Notes: generated by a model not told the origin, from the sequence alone. A stretch of 64,000 bases of DNA from Thermotogaceae bacterium (GCA_030445775.1 JASUTC010000001.1:96469-160468), one strand, 5' to 3'; shown: positions 1 to 9,446, counted from the first letter of the stretch. Translations and numbers: made by a program.

Positions 1-351
1 GGCGTTGAGTCAATCCTGCCTGTAAACATAGATTTTGCCGGTGGACATGTGAGCCTTGATGGACTTTTTGAACAAATGGATTCAGGTTTATACATTACAA
101 ATGTACAAGGAATGCACTCAGGAGCGAATCCTGTATCGGGTGAATTTTCTCTTGGTGCTGAAGGCTACAAAATTGAAGATGGGAAAAAGGCATATCCTAT
201 TGAACAAATCACATTATCAGGTAATCTTCTTAAAATGCTTCAAAATGTCAAATTAATCGGATCAGACAAACAGATGGCAATGGTTATGTCCCATGGGATG
301 TATACGCCTTCAATTTTAATCAGTGAATTGGATATAGCGGGAAACGATTAA
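1..351 (+). CDS. TldD/PmbA-family metalloprotease, C-terminal fragment (5' end outside window)
   Basis: Frame 1 is open from base 1 to TAA 349-351. The C-terminal block GMHSGANPVSGEFSLGAEGYKIEDGK...LSGN is typical of the PmbA/TldD C-terminus. Confidence 0.75.
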   Translation, partial: GVESILPVNIDFAGGHVSLDGLFEQMDSGLYITNVQGMHSGANPVSGEFSLGAEGYKIEDGKKAYPIEQITLSGNLLKMLQNVKLIGSDKQMAMVMSHGMYTPSILISELDIAGND

Positions 352-352
352 G

Positions 353-955
353 ATGTCTTCTTCAATCCACATCAGTGTGGGTTTAACCGGTTTAATGGGA
401 TCGGGTAAAAGTGAAGTAGCCAATTATTTAAAAAGGACCGGTTTTCCGGTCCTTTTTATGGATCCAATCGGACATGATTGTCTTCAAGACAATGAGGTTG
501 TCCAAACACTTGTTAACTCATTCGGTGTAAAGATTTTGGATGAAGACAACAAAATCAACCGAAAAAAATTATCCGCAATCGTTTTTAACGACCAAAAAAA
601 GCTTAAAAGATTAAACACCATTTTACATCCAATGATGAATAAAAAGGCAAAAGATTGGATAAAAAGGCAATTTCAACAAGGACAAAAAATTGTTTTTATT
701 GAAGCAGCAATTTTATTTGAGATGCAAATGAACAAATTTCTTGATTATATAGTCTTAATAAAAGCTGCAGAAAAAGATATGATCCATCGTATCATGAAAC
801 GGGATCATAAATCAGAAGTTGAAATTCAACAAATTCTTCAAACGCAGAAAACGAATGAAGATCGGGTTGATTACGTCATAATCAATGATAGTTCTTTAGA
901 AGAGCTATACAAAAATTGTGATCATTTAATCAACAGATTAAAGCTTAAGCTATAA
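353..955 (+). CDS. coaE: dephospho-CoA kinase
   Basis: 200 aa with an N-terminal P-loop GLTGLMGSGKSEV. Length and layout are typical of CoaE. ATG lies 1 nt after the upstream stop. Confidence 0.85.
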   Translation: MSSSIHISVGLTGLMGSGKSEVANYLKRTGFPVLFMDPIGHDCLQDNEVVQTLVNSFGVKILDEDNKINRKKLSAIVFNDQKKLKRLNTILHPMMNKKAKDWIKRQFQQGQKIVFIEAAILFEMQMNKFLDYIVLIKAAEKDMIHRIMKRDHKSEVEIQQILQTQKTNEDRVDYVIINDSSLEELYKNCDHLINRLKLKL

Positions 956-956
956 T

Positions 957-985
957 TTGCAAAAAAATGTTATTTGTGTTAGAAT
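957..985 (+). promoter_or_regulatory. sigma70-type promoter for ssrA
   Basis: -35 TTGCAA (957-962), 17-nt spacer, extended -10 TGtTAGAAT (977-985). It lies about 33 nt upstream of the mature tmRNA 5' end. Confidence 0.6.
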
Positions 986-1017
986 GTTCTTCTGTAAAAG
1001 GATTTAAAACCCCTATA

Positions 1018-1372
1018 GGGGGCGATCAGGGTTCGACGGAAGTTGACGGATCTTAGGAAGCGTGCCGAGTTTTCATCAGACTCGTTAAACGGGTGAACAA
1101 TCAAATTAATTGACGAAACAGAATTTGCTTTAGCGGCCTAAAAAAGGCTGCCGTTCTTCAGACTGTTTAGCTCGAGACGGGCTGAATGAACGACGGTAAT
1201 TCGAGCTTACTCCCATTCATTTCCGTGATGTATTGGAGGAAAATTAAGCGGATAGGATGAACAGGGTTTGCTTTTGTACCCGGTGAATCCGAATTTTAAA
1301 CAAAAGCTACGCACGTAGAGGCCTTTTATGCGCTGCTTTCGGACGGGGGTTCAATTCCCCCCGCCTCCACCA
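1018..1372 (+). ncRNA. ssrA: tmRNA (transfer-messenger RNA)
   Basis: 5' GGGGGCG pairs with 3' CGCCUCC-A-CCA, including the G3:U alanine identity pair. T-arm is GGGGGTTCAATTCCCCC. The internal tag frame ends ...GAC GAA ACA GAA TTT GCT TTA GCG GCC TAA (DETEFALAA*, stop at 1139-1141). Confidence 0.95.
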
Positions 1373-2787
1373 TTATCTTTTTTCCAGTTGTCTAAAGTTT
1401 TAAAGAAAGGCTTTAAATCTATTTCCTTTGGTTTGAAATCCATCAATTTTGATTTGATTTCCTTCAAATAATCTTCTGCAGTTTTTTTCCATGTGTATTT
1501 TTCCAATACCCTCAACACTGAAAGTTCTGAAAATTTCTTATAAGTCTTGTCAGACATTAGAGATTTTTTTAATGTAGCGATAATAGAATCCACATCCTCG
1601 GGATCAAAGAGGAAACCATATTTGAATCCATTTTCTCTTAATATTTCACTTGGCCCCCCATTTCGTGTTGCTGCTACCGGCAAACCACATGACATGGCTT
1701 CAATAACCGTTAATCCAAAGGGTTCATACACAGCAGGATTACAAAATATCGAATGGTTAACTTTTGCGGATCTGTAAAGTGCCGCTAAATCAGACTGATT
1801 TTCAGCATTGTAGAAAGAAATATGATTCTTGAGTTTAAACTCTTTGATATAAGCAAGCCACTCTTTGACAATCTTTCTTTCACTGTCTTTTAATCCATCA
1901 ATGCCTTTATAGACATCTTGAATTCCCCTGACAACTATGAGTAAATGTGCCTTTTCTCTTAGTTCCTTGTCCTTTGCAAATGATTTGATCACACCTATGT
2001 GGTTCTTTTTTGCATCAATTCTACTGGAGAGAATGATTAAAGGTTTTTCATAATCTTTGATAGAATCAAAGGCTGTTTGGTCATCTTCAGATTTAAACTC
2101 GTTAAAGATTTTCCTGTTTACACCGGGGGGAACAATTTTGAAATGAGCGTCATCTTTAACATCTATCCAATTCTCGTATTTTTGATGGCCGTATTGCTCA
2201 AATCTTTCCATTTCAGTACTGACAAAATTAACACACGAATACTTCATGGATATCCTTTCAGCAGCTAAGCGTTTGCTGAAATGAAAGATACGCTCAAAAT
2301 CGTTGATATTTTCTCGGTTGATACCCAATTTATCCATTTTTAAAGCTCCCAAAGAATGAGCGGTGAAAGAATAGGGAATTTTTTCCTTTTCTGAGATCAG
2401 GGCACAAGCTATACCTCCATCACCATAATGTCCCGTTAAAAAATCGGGAAAATTTCCTTCTTTTTTGTAAAATTTTATGATATTATCAGACCATTCATCC
2501 AAATAAGGCCATAAGTCTTCTTTCCTTAGGAAATGATCAGGTCCACAGGGAATTCGAAGGATACGTAAATTATCAATGCCTTCATATACATCTTGTTCAC
2601 CTTCAAACTCCGGCCATTTGGAATCAATTATCTTTCTGGTCAAAATATCTGTTTTAATCCCCATTTCCGCCATTGCTGATGCTAATTCTTTGACGTAAAC
2701 CAACTGTCCTCCAAAATCTGGATGTTCGGTCCAGTAACTATTTTCTGAGTCAAAATTACCTTGTGGATTTAAAAAAGCAATTCTCAT
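1351..2787 (-). CDS. sucrose-phosphate synthase-like GT4 glycosyltransferase (no SPP domain)
   Basis: 478 aa. The N-terminus AFLNPQGNFD...YWTEHPDFGGQLVYVKE and the C-terminal EPFGLTVIEAMSCGLP block match bacterial SPS of the Halothermothrix type. The last 22 nt overlap the ssrA 3' end. Confidence 0.8.
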   Translation of the reverse strand: MRIAFLNPQGNFDSENSYWTEHPDFGGQLVYVKELASAMAEMGIKTDILTRKIIDSKWPEFEGEQDVYEGIDNLRILRIPCGPDHFLRKEDLWPYLDEWSDNIIKFYKKEGNFPDFLTGHYGDGGIACALISEKEKIPYSFTAHSLGALKMDKLGINRENINDFERIFHFSKRLAAERISMKYSCVNFVSTEMERFEQYGHQKYENWIDVKDDAHFKIVPPGVNRKIFNEFKSEDDQTAFDSIKDYEKPLIILSSRIDAKKNHIGVIKSFAKDKELREKAHLLIVVRGIQDVYKGIDGLKDSERKIVKEWLAYIKEFKLKNHISFYNAENQSDLAALYRSAKVNHSIFCNPAVYEPFGLTVIEAMSCGLPVAATRNGGPSEILRENGFKYGFLFDPEDVDSIIATLKKSLMSDKTYKKFSELSVLRVLEKYTWKKTAEDYLKEIKSKLMDFKPKEIDLKPFFKTLDNWKKDNGGGGGN

Positions 2788-2825
2788 TTTTTCACTCCCT
2801 TTTGGGCTTATAATCGTTTCTTGTA

Positions 2826-3749
2826 TTACATTAAAAATTCAGACTTGATGACTTCCATAGAAGGCAAAGGAAGATCGGAACCGATCGTTCTCAGCCTAAA
2901 AGCTGCAACAGCACTTCCCCATTTTGCAGCGGTAAAGATATCCTGATGATTTAAAAGCCCACAATAAACACCTGACCAAAAACCGTCTCCCGCCCCTGTG
3001 GTATCAACAACAACTTGACTAACCGTCTTTTGATGCTGAATCCTTTTTCCATCTGAAACGAGCGCTCCGTCTTTGCCCATGGTCAGAATGACATTTTGTA
3101 CTCCCAATTGATGAAATGCTTCGATATATTCCTCATTATGCATTCTTCCAAAAATGTGAAAAGCATCATCATCAGAGGGCTTACAAAGATAGGTATTTTT
3201 TAACACTTCCTTTATTGTTTGCATGGGATCTTCATCTTTTTCCCATAATATCCTCCTAAAATTTGGATCAAAACATAATTTCGTATTAGTACCCTCAATA
3301 TCATCCATAATACTGAACACCGTTTTACGAGATGGATGATGTGAAATACTCCAGGCACTGATATGGAAAAAATGCGTTTTCTTTAACAAGCGAGCCATAT
3401 CCGTAGGCTTCTCTATACAGTAATCAGCTGATCTAAATGGCAGGAATTTGGGATTCCCTTTGGATTTTGCAACAAAAACCATTGATGTATTCTTTTCCCT
3501 ATCCACTTGTACATAGGTTGTATCAATTCCCCTTTCTTTAAATGTTTCTCTTAGATAGTCCCCAAAAGGGTCATCTCCAATTCTGGTTATTAATATTGCT
3601 TCTTCACCCAAATTCAGCAGATTTGCCGTAATGTTCGCTGGAGAACCTCCTGCATGCCTTATAAAGCTCTGGACCTGGGATAGACTTTCCGAATAGTCAT
3701 CTGAAAGAAAATCAATAAGTGCTTCTCCAAGTAATAATACCCTTTTCAT
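2826..3749 (-). CDS. PfkB-family sugar kinase (fructokinase-like)
   Basis: 307 aa with N-terminal GEALID...GGSPANI and C-terminal DTTGAGDGF PfkB signatures. It is adjacent to SPS, as in known SPS-fructokinase pairs. Confidence 0.8.
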   Translation of the reverse strand: MKRVLLLGEALIDFLSDDYSESLSQVQSFIRHAGGSPANITANLLNLGEEAILITRIGDDPFGDYLRETFKERGIDTTYVQVDREKNTSMVFVAKSKGNPKFLPFRSADYCIEKPTDMARLLKKTHFFHISAWSISHHPSRKTVFSIMDDIEGTNTKLCFDPNFRRILWEKDEDPMQTIKEVLKNTYLCKPSDDDAFHIFGRMHNEEYIEAFHQLGVQNVILTMGKDGALVSDGKRIQHQKTVSQVVVDTTGAGDGFWSGVYCGLLNHQDIFTAAKWGSAVAAFRLRTIGSDLPLPSMEVIKSEFLM

Positions 3750-3766
3750 TATGATCCCTCCATTTT

Positions 3767-4924
3767 TTAAATCTCAAGACTAAAAAAAGCTTTTACCTCG
3801 TTTGCAATATACTGAGCTATGCCTTTTTCAAAAGGATAAGGCAGGATTTTGTTCACGGTTAATTGATCTTCAGGTAAAAACGCTGCCAAAGCTTGGGCTG
3901 CTTTCATCTTTACCTCATCGGTGATTTGCTTTCTGACTTCAACAGCCGCTTTCATGATTCCAGGAAAGGCTAATACGTTATTTACCTGATTGGGAAAATC
4001 GGATCTTCCCGTCCCAACAATTTTAGCGCCAGCTTTTAAAGCCTTTTGCGGGGATATTTCAGGGACAGGATTTGCCATCGCAAACACAATTGCATCTCGG
4101 TTCATACTGCTGATCATCTTCTCATCAACGATATCCGGTGCTGATACCCCAATAAATATATCTGAATTAACAATGATTTTCCTTAGATCACCTTTTTCAT
4201 TAAGAGGGTTCGTTATCTTTGCCATTAAAATCTGTTCTTCATTTAAATTATTTGTCCCTTCGTAAAGTGCACCGTTGATATCACATAAAACAACCTTTTC
4301 AAAGCCATAACCAACCAACAACTTCGCTATGGCAATCCCGGCTGCACCTGCACCATTAATGACTACTTTACATTCTTTGACAGGTTTATCGACAAGTTTT
4401 AGAGCATTGATAATTGCTGCAAGTACGACTACTGCTGTCCCATGTTGATCATCATGAAACACAGGAATGTCGAGGACTTCCTTCAACCTTTTTTCAATAT
4501 AAAAACATCTTGGAGCTGAAATATCTTCCAAATTAATACCACCAAAAACAGGAGAAATATTGATCACCGTCTGAATAATCTCATCACTGTCTTGTGTATC
4601 CAAACAAATGGGAAATGCGTTAAGATCGGCAAATTCCTTGAAAAGAACCGCTTTCCCCTCCATGACGGGTAAAGCGGCTTGAGGACCAATGTTCCCCAAA
4701 CCCAATACAGCTGAACCATCACTGACTATGGCAATTGTATTGCCTTTTATTGTATAATCGTATAGATTGTCAGGATTCTTTACAATTTCTTTGCAGGGAG
4801 CAGCGACTCCGGGGGTGTAAGCTAAACTAAGATCTTCCTTGTTTTGAACGGTTGATTTCACATGGGTGGAGATTTTTCCTTGCCACTTTTTGTGGTGTTC
4901 AAGAGATTTTTTGTAAATATCCAA
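3767..4924 (-). CDS. NAD(P)-dependent malic enzyme (short form)
   Basis: 385 aa with LSLAYTPGVA, SDGSAVLGLGNIG, FGGINLEDI and GAGAAG (Rossmann) motifs. Confidence 0.9.
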   Translation of the reverse strand: MDIYKKSLEHHKKWQGKISTHVKSTVQNKEDLSLAYTPGVAAPCKEIVKNPDNLYDYTIKGNTIAIVSDGSAVLGLGNIGPQAALPVMEGKAVLFKEFADLNAFPICLDTQDSDEIIQTVINISPVFGGINLEDISAPRCFYIEKRLKEVLDIPVFHDDQHGTAVVVLAAIINALKLVDKPVKECKVVINGAGAAGIAIAKLLVGYGFEKVVLCDINGALYEGTNNLNEEQILMAKITNPLNEKGDLRKIIVNSDIFIGVSAPDIVDEKMISSMNRDAIVFAMANPVPEISPQKALKAGAKIVGTGRSDFPNQVNNVLAFPGIMKAAVEVRKQITDEVKMKAAQALAAFLPEDQLTVNKILPYPFEKGIAQYIANEVKAFFSLEI

Positions 4925-5002
4925 ATTCTTCCTCCCCGATAGTTTTTTTTATTATATATTAAATTTCTCAAAATGCAAGGAATCAAAAGGAGGTTTTTTA
5001 CA

Positions 5003-7510
5003 ATGAAAAGATTTGTTTTGATTATTATAGTCCTTTTACCCTGTATTTGTTCCTTCTCTCAACAGTATTATCACTTTCCAACAGAGCATTTTGATGTATA
5101 CTATCAAAAGGCTTCCAGAGAATCAGCCATTCAGTTGATACAAGAGGGAAAAACCATATTTGAAACTTTAACCGATTTTTATGGAATCCAACCCAAAAAG
5201 AGGTTAAAGGTTTATTTGCTCGATACCGTTGATTTTTCCAATGCCTATGCCGACATCTTTTCTAATGTCATCATTATTTACATCAACCGAAGCGGTTCTG
5301 ATTATTACAACAACACCTATAAATGGTGGGTACCTTTTGTCTTTTCCCATGAATTAACCCATATTTTAGTAGCCAACAAATCGGACTGGACTAAAGATCT
5401 AATGGGAATTTTCGGCCATCCCGTTTTCATTCTTTATGATACTGCTTTCACACCTTCTCATTTTCATGAAGGAGTATCTATCTATTCAGAATCCCTAATT
5501 TTCGAAGAAGGAAGACTCAATGATCATCGGTATCTCTCATATCTGAAAGCCGAAATTCAGGATAATGGCTTCAGAGGGTTAACTTTAGCCGGCGGGATGA
5601 CATCTCCTGAGTTTACTCCAACAGGGTTTAATTATTTATACGGTTCCTATTTTATTCAATACATAGAAGAACATTATGGTTCTCAAGCAGTTTCAAAAAT
5701 CGTTAATCAATACGGTAATGAATACCGATTCAACTTTATTCGTATCGTGGAAGAGATCACTCAAAAGCCTTATCCCGAATTGATTGCAAATTGGAAATCT
5801 TGGCTATATGAGATAACTGCCAAACAATCCTCTTCTGATCATCATCAAATTGAAAACATCACTAACTCAGGCTATTATTCAGGAATCAGCGGTGTTTCAG
5901 ACCAATATCTTTATTATTTTTCACAAAAGAAAGGGACTCAGACAACTTTATATCGAACTGATGAAACGCAGACATCATCAATGCTTTTACCCATACCGAC
6001 AGATTTTGCTGTCTCCCCATCCGATCAAATTGCTCTTATTTACGCAAATTCTAACGGCTATGAACAATATGACCTTAACCTATATACTGGAAGGTTTATG
6101 GGGTCATTTAAACGGTTAGAAGGGATAAAAAGACCCGTATCAGTTGAATGGTTGGATGATGAGACATTAGTTTATTGCTTTTTGGAAAATGGGGGCACTG
6201 GTCTGGCTACTTACAATTTGTTAGAGAAGAAAACTACCTATCTTTTGTCGCCAAGTCCGGATTTTTACATCAACGATATCAGTTGCTATCAAGGTCGGCT
6301 CATTTTATCCATTACTTATAACGGAACGGCAGATGTTTATGAGCTGCATATCGAAGAAAACAAACTTCGGGTTTTATTCCAAACACAATCCGATGAAATA
6401 GATGTTTTTCTATGTCCAAAAGGAATCTTATTTGCCAGCAATCAGGAAGGCGAATTTGATATCTATCTTTATGATGAATCAGATTCTTCTCAGAAAAAAT
6501 TAACCAATTCACAGAATGGAGCTTTTACTCCAATCTATTTCAACGATACGGTTTATTTTAGGGCTTATTCTGGAATGGGATTTGATTTTATTCGACTGAT
6601 CCAAGGGGTTGATAAGCCCGTTGTTTTTGAAGGCCAAGCATATGATTATCCCGAAATAGATATAAAAGAAGATCCTGTAATCCAAAATGTTCTTGAAAAG
6701 TGGCATTATCAACACACACTGTTACCTATCCCCCGGTTCGGAATCCCCGCACTTTTCATTCTAAATGATCAACTTACCGGTATTGCCGGTTTCGCCGGAT
6801 GGGATGACTTAAAAGAATGGATTTGGTATGGATATCTTGGTGGAATAGGAGAATTGTTTGCATGGGATTATTCTCTCATACACAGAGGATTTCCCGATTT
6901 TCAGTTGACTTGGAATGGAAACACCGATTACGAGGAATTACGGGCTGCTTTTCATTTTCCTTTTACCTTAAGAGAAGATGAAAGGGCTGCTTACATTGAA
7001 CCAGCAATCAATTTGGGAGTCAATCATACACGAGACGATTTGCCATGGAATGTGATAACAGACTTTTATTTTCATCAGGCATTTAATCCCATTGTCTATC
7101 CGGATAATCCTGTTTCTGTACCTCAATTCTTTCAAGCTATTCAATTAGGGACCTCGGGTTTTTTCTCCCAAACAGGTATTGGATTGGCACTTCCTTATTC
7201 TATGACAGGAATGATTAGTCAGAGAACGGCTTATTCAAACACCTCATTACAGGCAGAAACATGGTATCCTATGAATTTTATACCATCTGTGGGTACAACT
7301 GAAGGGAAATTCAGATTATCATCTCCAATTCTTCATCTCGGTATGAATACTGATTTTACGAAAAAAATGCCCTATGCCGGGATTATAGGTGTTTGGATTG
7401 ATGTTGGACTTCAATATTGGCTGGATTTCAGGTTAACAATTGATTTATACATTGGAGAAGAAATACAACCAAAAATTGGGATACAGAATACTCTTTTGGG
7501 AATGATCTAA
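5003..7510 (+). CDS. secreted multidomain protein: Peptidase_MA-like (HExxH) domain, PD40/TolB-like repeats and an aromatic-rich C-terminal domain
   Basis: SD AAAGGAGG (4986-4993) precedes ATG 5003. Signal-like MKRFVLIIIVLLPCICSF. Zinc motif HELTH followed by HFHEGVSIY. Repeats of the form EGEFDIYLYD resemble TolB/PD40 repeats. Confidence 0.6.
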   Translation: MKRFVLIIIVLLPCICSFSQQYYHFPTEHFDVYYQKASRESAIQLIQEGKTIFETLTDFYGIQPKKRLKVYLLDTVDFSNAYADIFSNVIIIYINRSGSDYYNNTYKWWVPFVFSHELTHILVANKSDWTKDLMGIFGHPVFILYDTAFTPSHFHEGVSIYSESLIFEEGRLNDHRYLSYLKAEIQDNGFRGLTLAGGMTSPEFTPTGFNYLYGSYFIQYIEEHYGSQAVSKIVNQYGNEYRFNFIRIVEEITQKPYPELIANWKSWLYEITAKQSSSDHHQIENITNSGYYSGISGVSDQYLYYFSQKKGTQTTLYRTDETQTSSMLLPIPTDFAVSPSDQIALIYANSNGYEQYDLNLYTGRFMGSFKRLEGIKRPVSVEWLDDETLVYCFLENGGTGLATYNLLEKKTTYLLSPSPDFYINDISCYQGRLILSITYNGTADVYELHIEENKLRVLFQTQSDEIDVFLCPKGILFASNQEGEFDIYLYDESDSSQKKLTNSQNGAFTPIYFNDTVYFRAYSGMGFDFIRLIQGVDKPVVFEGQAYDYPEIDIKEDPVIQNVLEKWHYQHTLLPIPRFGIPALFILNDQLTGIAGFAGWDDLKEWIWYGYLGGIGELFAWDYSLIHRGFPDFQLTWNGNTDYEELRAAFHFPFTLREDERAAYIEPAINLGVNHTRDDLPWNVITDFYFHQAFNPIVYPDNPVSVPQFFQAIQLGTSGFFSQTGIGLALPYSMTGMISQRTAYSNTSLQAETWYPMNFIPSVGTTEGKFRLSSPILHLGMNTDFTKKMPYAGIIGVWIDVGLQYWLDFRLTIDLYIGEEIQPKIGIQNTLLGMI

Positions 7511-7564
7511 AAATACAACCGGTTAATCAATTCTGAGTATACTCTCATGATAAGGAGCAAAAAT

Positions 7565-8341
7565 ATGATAAAAATTACAAACCTAACATTTTCATACGAT
7601 GCGAAGGCAAAGCCTGTTTTAAATGACCTGTCTCTCCAAATCAAACAAGGAGAATTTTTTGGAATAATCGGTCCTAACGGAGCAGGAAAAACAACACTCT
7701 TTAAACTTTTATTAGCTTTTTTATCACCATCAAAAGGGTTCATAGAACTACTCGGAAAACCATTAAACAAAATGAAAAGGAAAGAAATAGCAAAAAAGAT
7801 TTCAGCAGTTATGCAAGAATTCTACCCAGCTTATGATTTTACGGTTGAGGAAATTGTTCATTTGGGAAGAACACCTTATCTTAATATGTTTTCGGATGAA
7901 TCAAAAGAAGACTGTATGATGGTAAAAAAAGCGATAAAAGAAACCGAACTGGAGGGTTTTGAAGAAAAATTCTTTAATCATCTGAGTGGCGGTGAAAAGC
8001 AGCGTGTCTTAATTGCCAAATGTTTTGCCCAAAACACACCGATTATTTTGCTGGATGAATTTGTTGCGCATCTTGATGTTGGACATGTACAACAACTAAT
8101 TAAACGTGTCTATAAAAAAAACAGAGATGATGGCATTACAGTAGTGGGCATCTTTCATGACATCAACATCGCCTCGCTTTACTGTGATCGAATAGCCGTT
8201 TTAAATGATTCTAAACTTGAAACGATTGGCCCACCATCGGAAGTTATTAATAATAAGTTGTTGAAACTCGTCTATCATGCGGATTCATACATCATTGAAC
8301 ATCAAGATGATCACAAACCACAGATTCTTTTAAGGAAATAG
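7565..8341 (+). CDS. ABC transporter ATP-binding protein (FepC/FecE/BtuD-like), no adjacent permease
   Basis: Walker A GPNGAGKTT, signature LSGGEKQRV, Walker B ILLDEF, H-loop IFHDIN. SD AAGGAG lies 7 nt before ATG 7565. Confidence 0.85.
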   Translation: MIKITNLTFSYDAKAKPVLNDLSLQIKQGEFFGIIGPNGAGKTTLFKLLLAFLSPSKGFIELLGKPLNKMKRKEIAKKISAVMQEFYPAYDFTVEEIVHLGRTPYLNMFSDESKEDCMMVKKAIKETELEGFEEKFFNHLSGGEKQRVLIAKCFAQNTPIILLDEFVAHLDVGHVQQLIKRVYKKNRDDGITVVGIFHDINIASLYCDRIAVLNDSKLETIGPPSEVINNKLLKLVYHADSYIIEHQDDHKPQILLRK

Positions 8342-8345
8342 TAGT

Positions 8346-8630
8346 ATGTTTGTTCTGACCAAACTGATTTTAACGATACGAGTAGATCAAGTTTTTTCAC
8401 TCAAACAAAAAAGGTCCATTATCAAAAAAATGAAAACACATGTACTAAATACTTATAACGCCTGCATCGCAGAAAGTCATCAGCAAGATTCCCTTAGATA
8501 TTTGGGAATTACCATTGGAATTTTATCAAACAAGAAAAACGGATTGCAATCACTTTTAGAAAAACTCATGGAAGAGATTGAAATTATCAGTGAAGGTATT
8601 ATCGAAAAAAAGGAAATTGACAATATTTAA
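8346..8630 (+). CDS. DUF503 (YlxP-like) protein
   Basis: 94 aa. The pattern L.I...SLKQKRS..KK.K......N..IAE...QD matches DUF503 as I remember it. Confidence 0.6.
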   Translation: MFVLTKLILTIRVDQVFSLKQKRSIIKKMKTHVLNTYNACIAESHQQDSLRYLGITIGILSNKKNGLQSLLEKLMEEIEIISEGIIEKKEIDNI

Positions 8631-8665
8631 ACGAGCGAAAGGATTCGCCCGTTTATTTGTTGTTT
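8629..8665 (+). terminator. rho-independent terminator after the DUF503 gene
   Basis: Hairpin AAACGAGCGAA-AGGA-TTCGCCCGTTT (one mismatch) is followed by the T-rich ATTTGTTGTTTTTATTT. Confidence 0.65.
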
Positions 8666-9103
8666 TTATTTCTGATTTTTTATACAATTCGCACATTTAC
8701 CGTAAAATTTTATGTTATGGTCTTCCGGTTCAAAACCCGTTTCCTGTTTTACCATTGCTTCAATCTTTTCAACCAGACGATCCGGTATTGTCATTGTTTC
8801 ACCACAATCGGTACAAATAAGATGATGCTTCCCATGTTTGTTACTATCGGCTAATTCGAATCGAACGATTCCTTCATCAATCTCGATTTTTCTTAATAAG
8901 CCGAGATCACTAAGCAACTCAACCGTTCTGTATACCGTTGCCTTACTAATTCTTGATCGTTTATCAAGTAATTTCCTGTAAACTTCTTCTACACTAAGAT
9001 GATCTTCAGGAGATTCAGCAAAAATTCTCATAATAAGCTCTCTTTGAGCTGTGATTCTGAAATTTCTATCTTTTAATTCTTTTCTCAAAATATCATTAAC
9101 CAT
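8666..9103 (-). CDS. Fur-family metalloregulator (Fur/PerR/Zur type)
   Basis: Winged-helix block ATVYRTVELLSDLGL, His cluster HGKHH, and two CxxC pairs (CTDC, CANC). SD GGAGGTG supports the internal ATG at 9103 over 9124. Confidence 0.85.
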   Translation of the reverse strand: MVNDILRKELKDRNFRITAQRELIMRIFAESPEDHLSVEEVYRKLLDKRSRISKATVYRTVELLSDLGLLRKIEIDEGIVRFELADSNKHGKHHLICTDCGETMTIPDRLVEKIEAMVKQETGFEPEDHNIKFYGKCANCIKNQK

Positions 9104-9197
9104 CTTTTTCTCAGCACCTCCCATATGCTATGTCTTAATCATTTATAATTTTATCAGTTTTACGTTTAAAATATAATACGAATAGATTATATTTTTG

Positions 9198-9446
9198 TTA
9201 ATTTTTACTGTTATATCTTGAAATAATAATCGTTCCAACCACATTCAAGACCAATAAAACAAGGATAATATCCAAAATGTACGGTAAATCATTTATCATT
9301 GCATAAATCATAAACAAGGTTAGAGCTTTCATACCAATAGAATTTATTTGCACAAGTATATTCCAATTATTTCTTTTTCTAAGTGCACTTAATAGCTGAA
9401 ATCCAAGGAGAACGATTATTGAAAAGAACAAGATAAAATCACTCAA
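9198..9446 (-). CDS. small hydrophobic membrane protein, function unknown
   Basis: 82 aa with 2-3 hydrophobic segments. ATGA overlap with the queD stop suggests translational coupling. Confidence 0.45.
   Translation of the reverse strand: MSDFILFFSIIVLLGFQLLSALRKRNNWNILVQINSIGMKALTLFMIYAMINDLPYILDIILVLLVLNVVGTIIISRYNSKN

Noticed and set aside
9134-9157. AT-rich partial dyad (minus strand TGATAAAATTATAAATGATTAAG) upstream of the fur-family gene, considered as an autoregulatory Fur/PerR box.
   Set aside because: It matches the 7-1-7 Fur or PerR consensus only with shifted spacing and several mismatches. In DNA this AT-rich such matches are expected by chance. It needs a PWM scan or footprinting.
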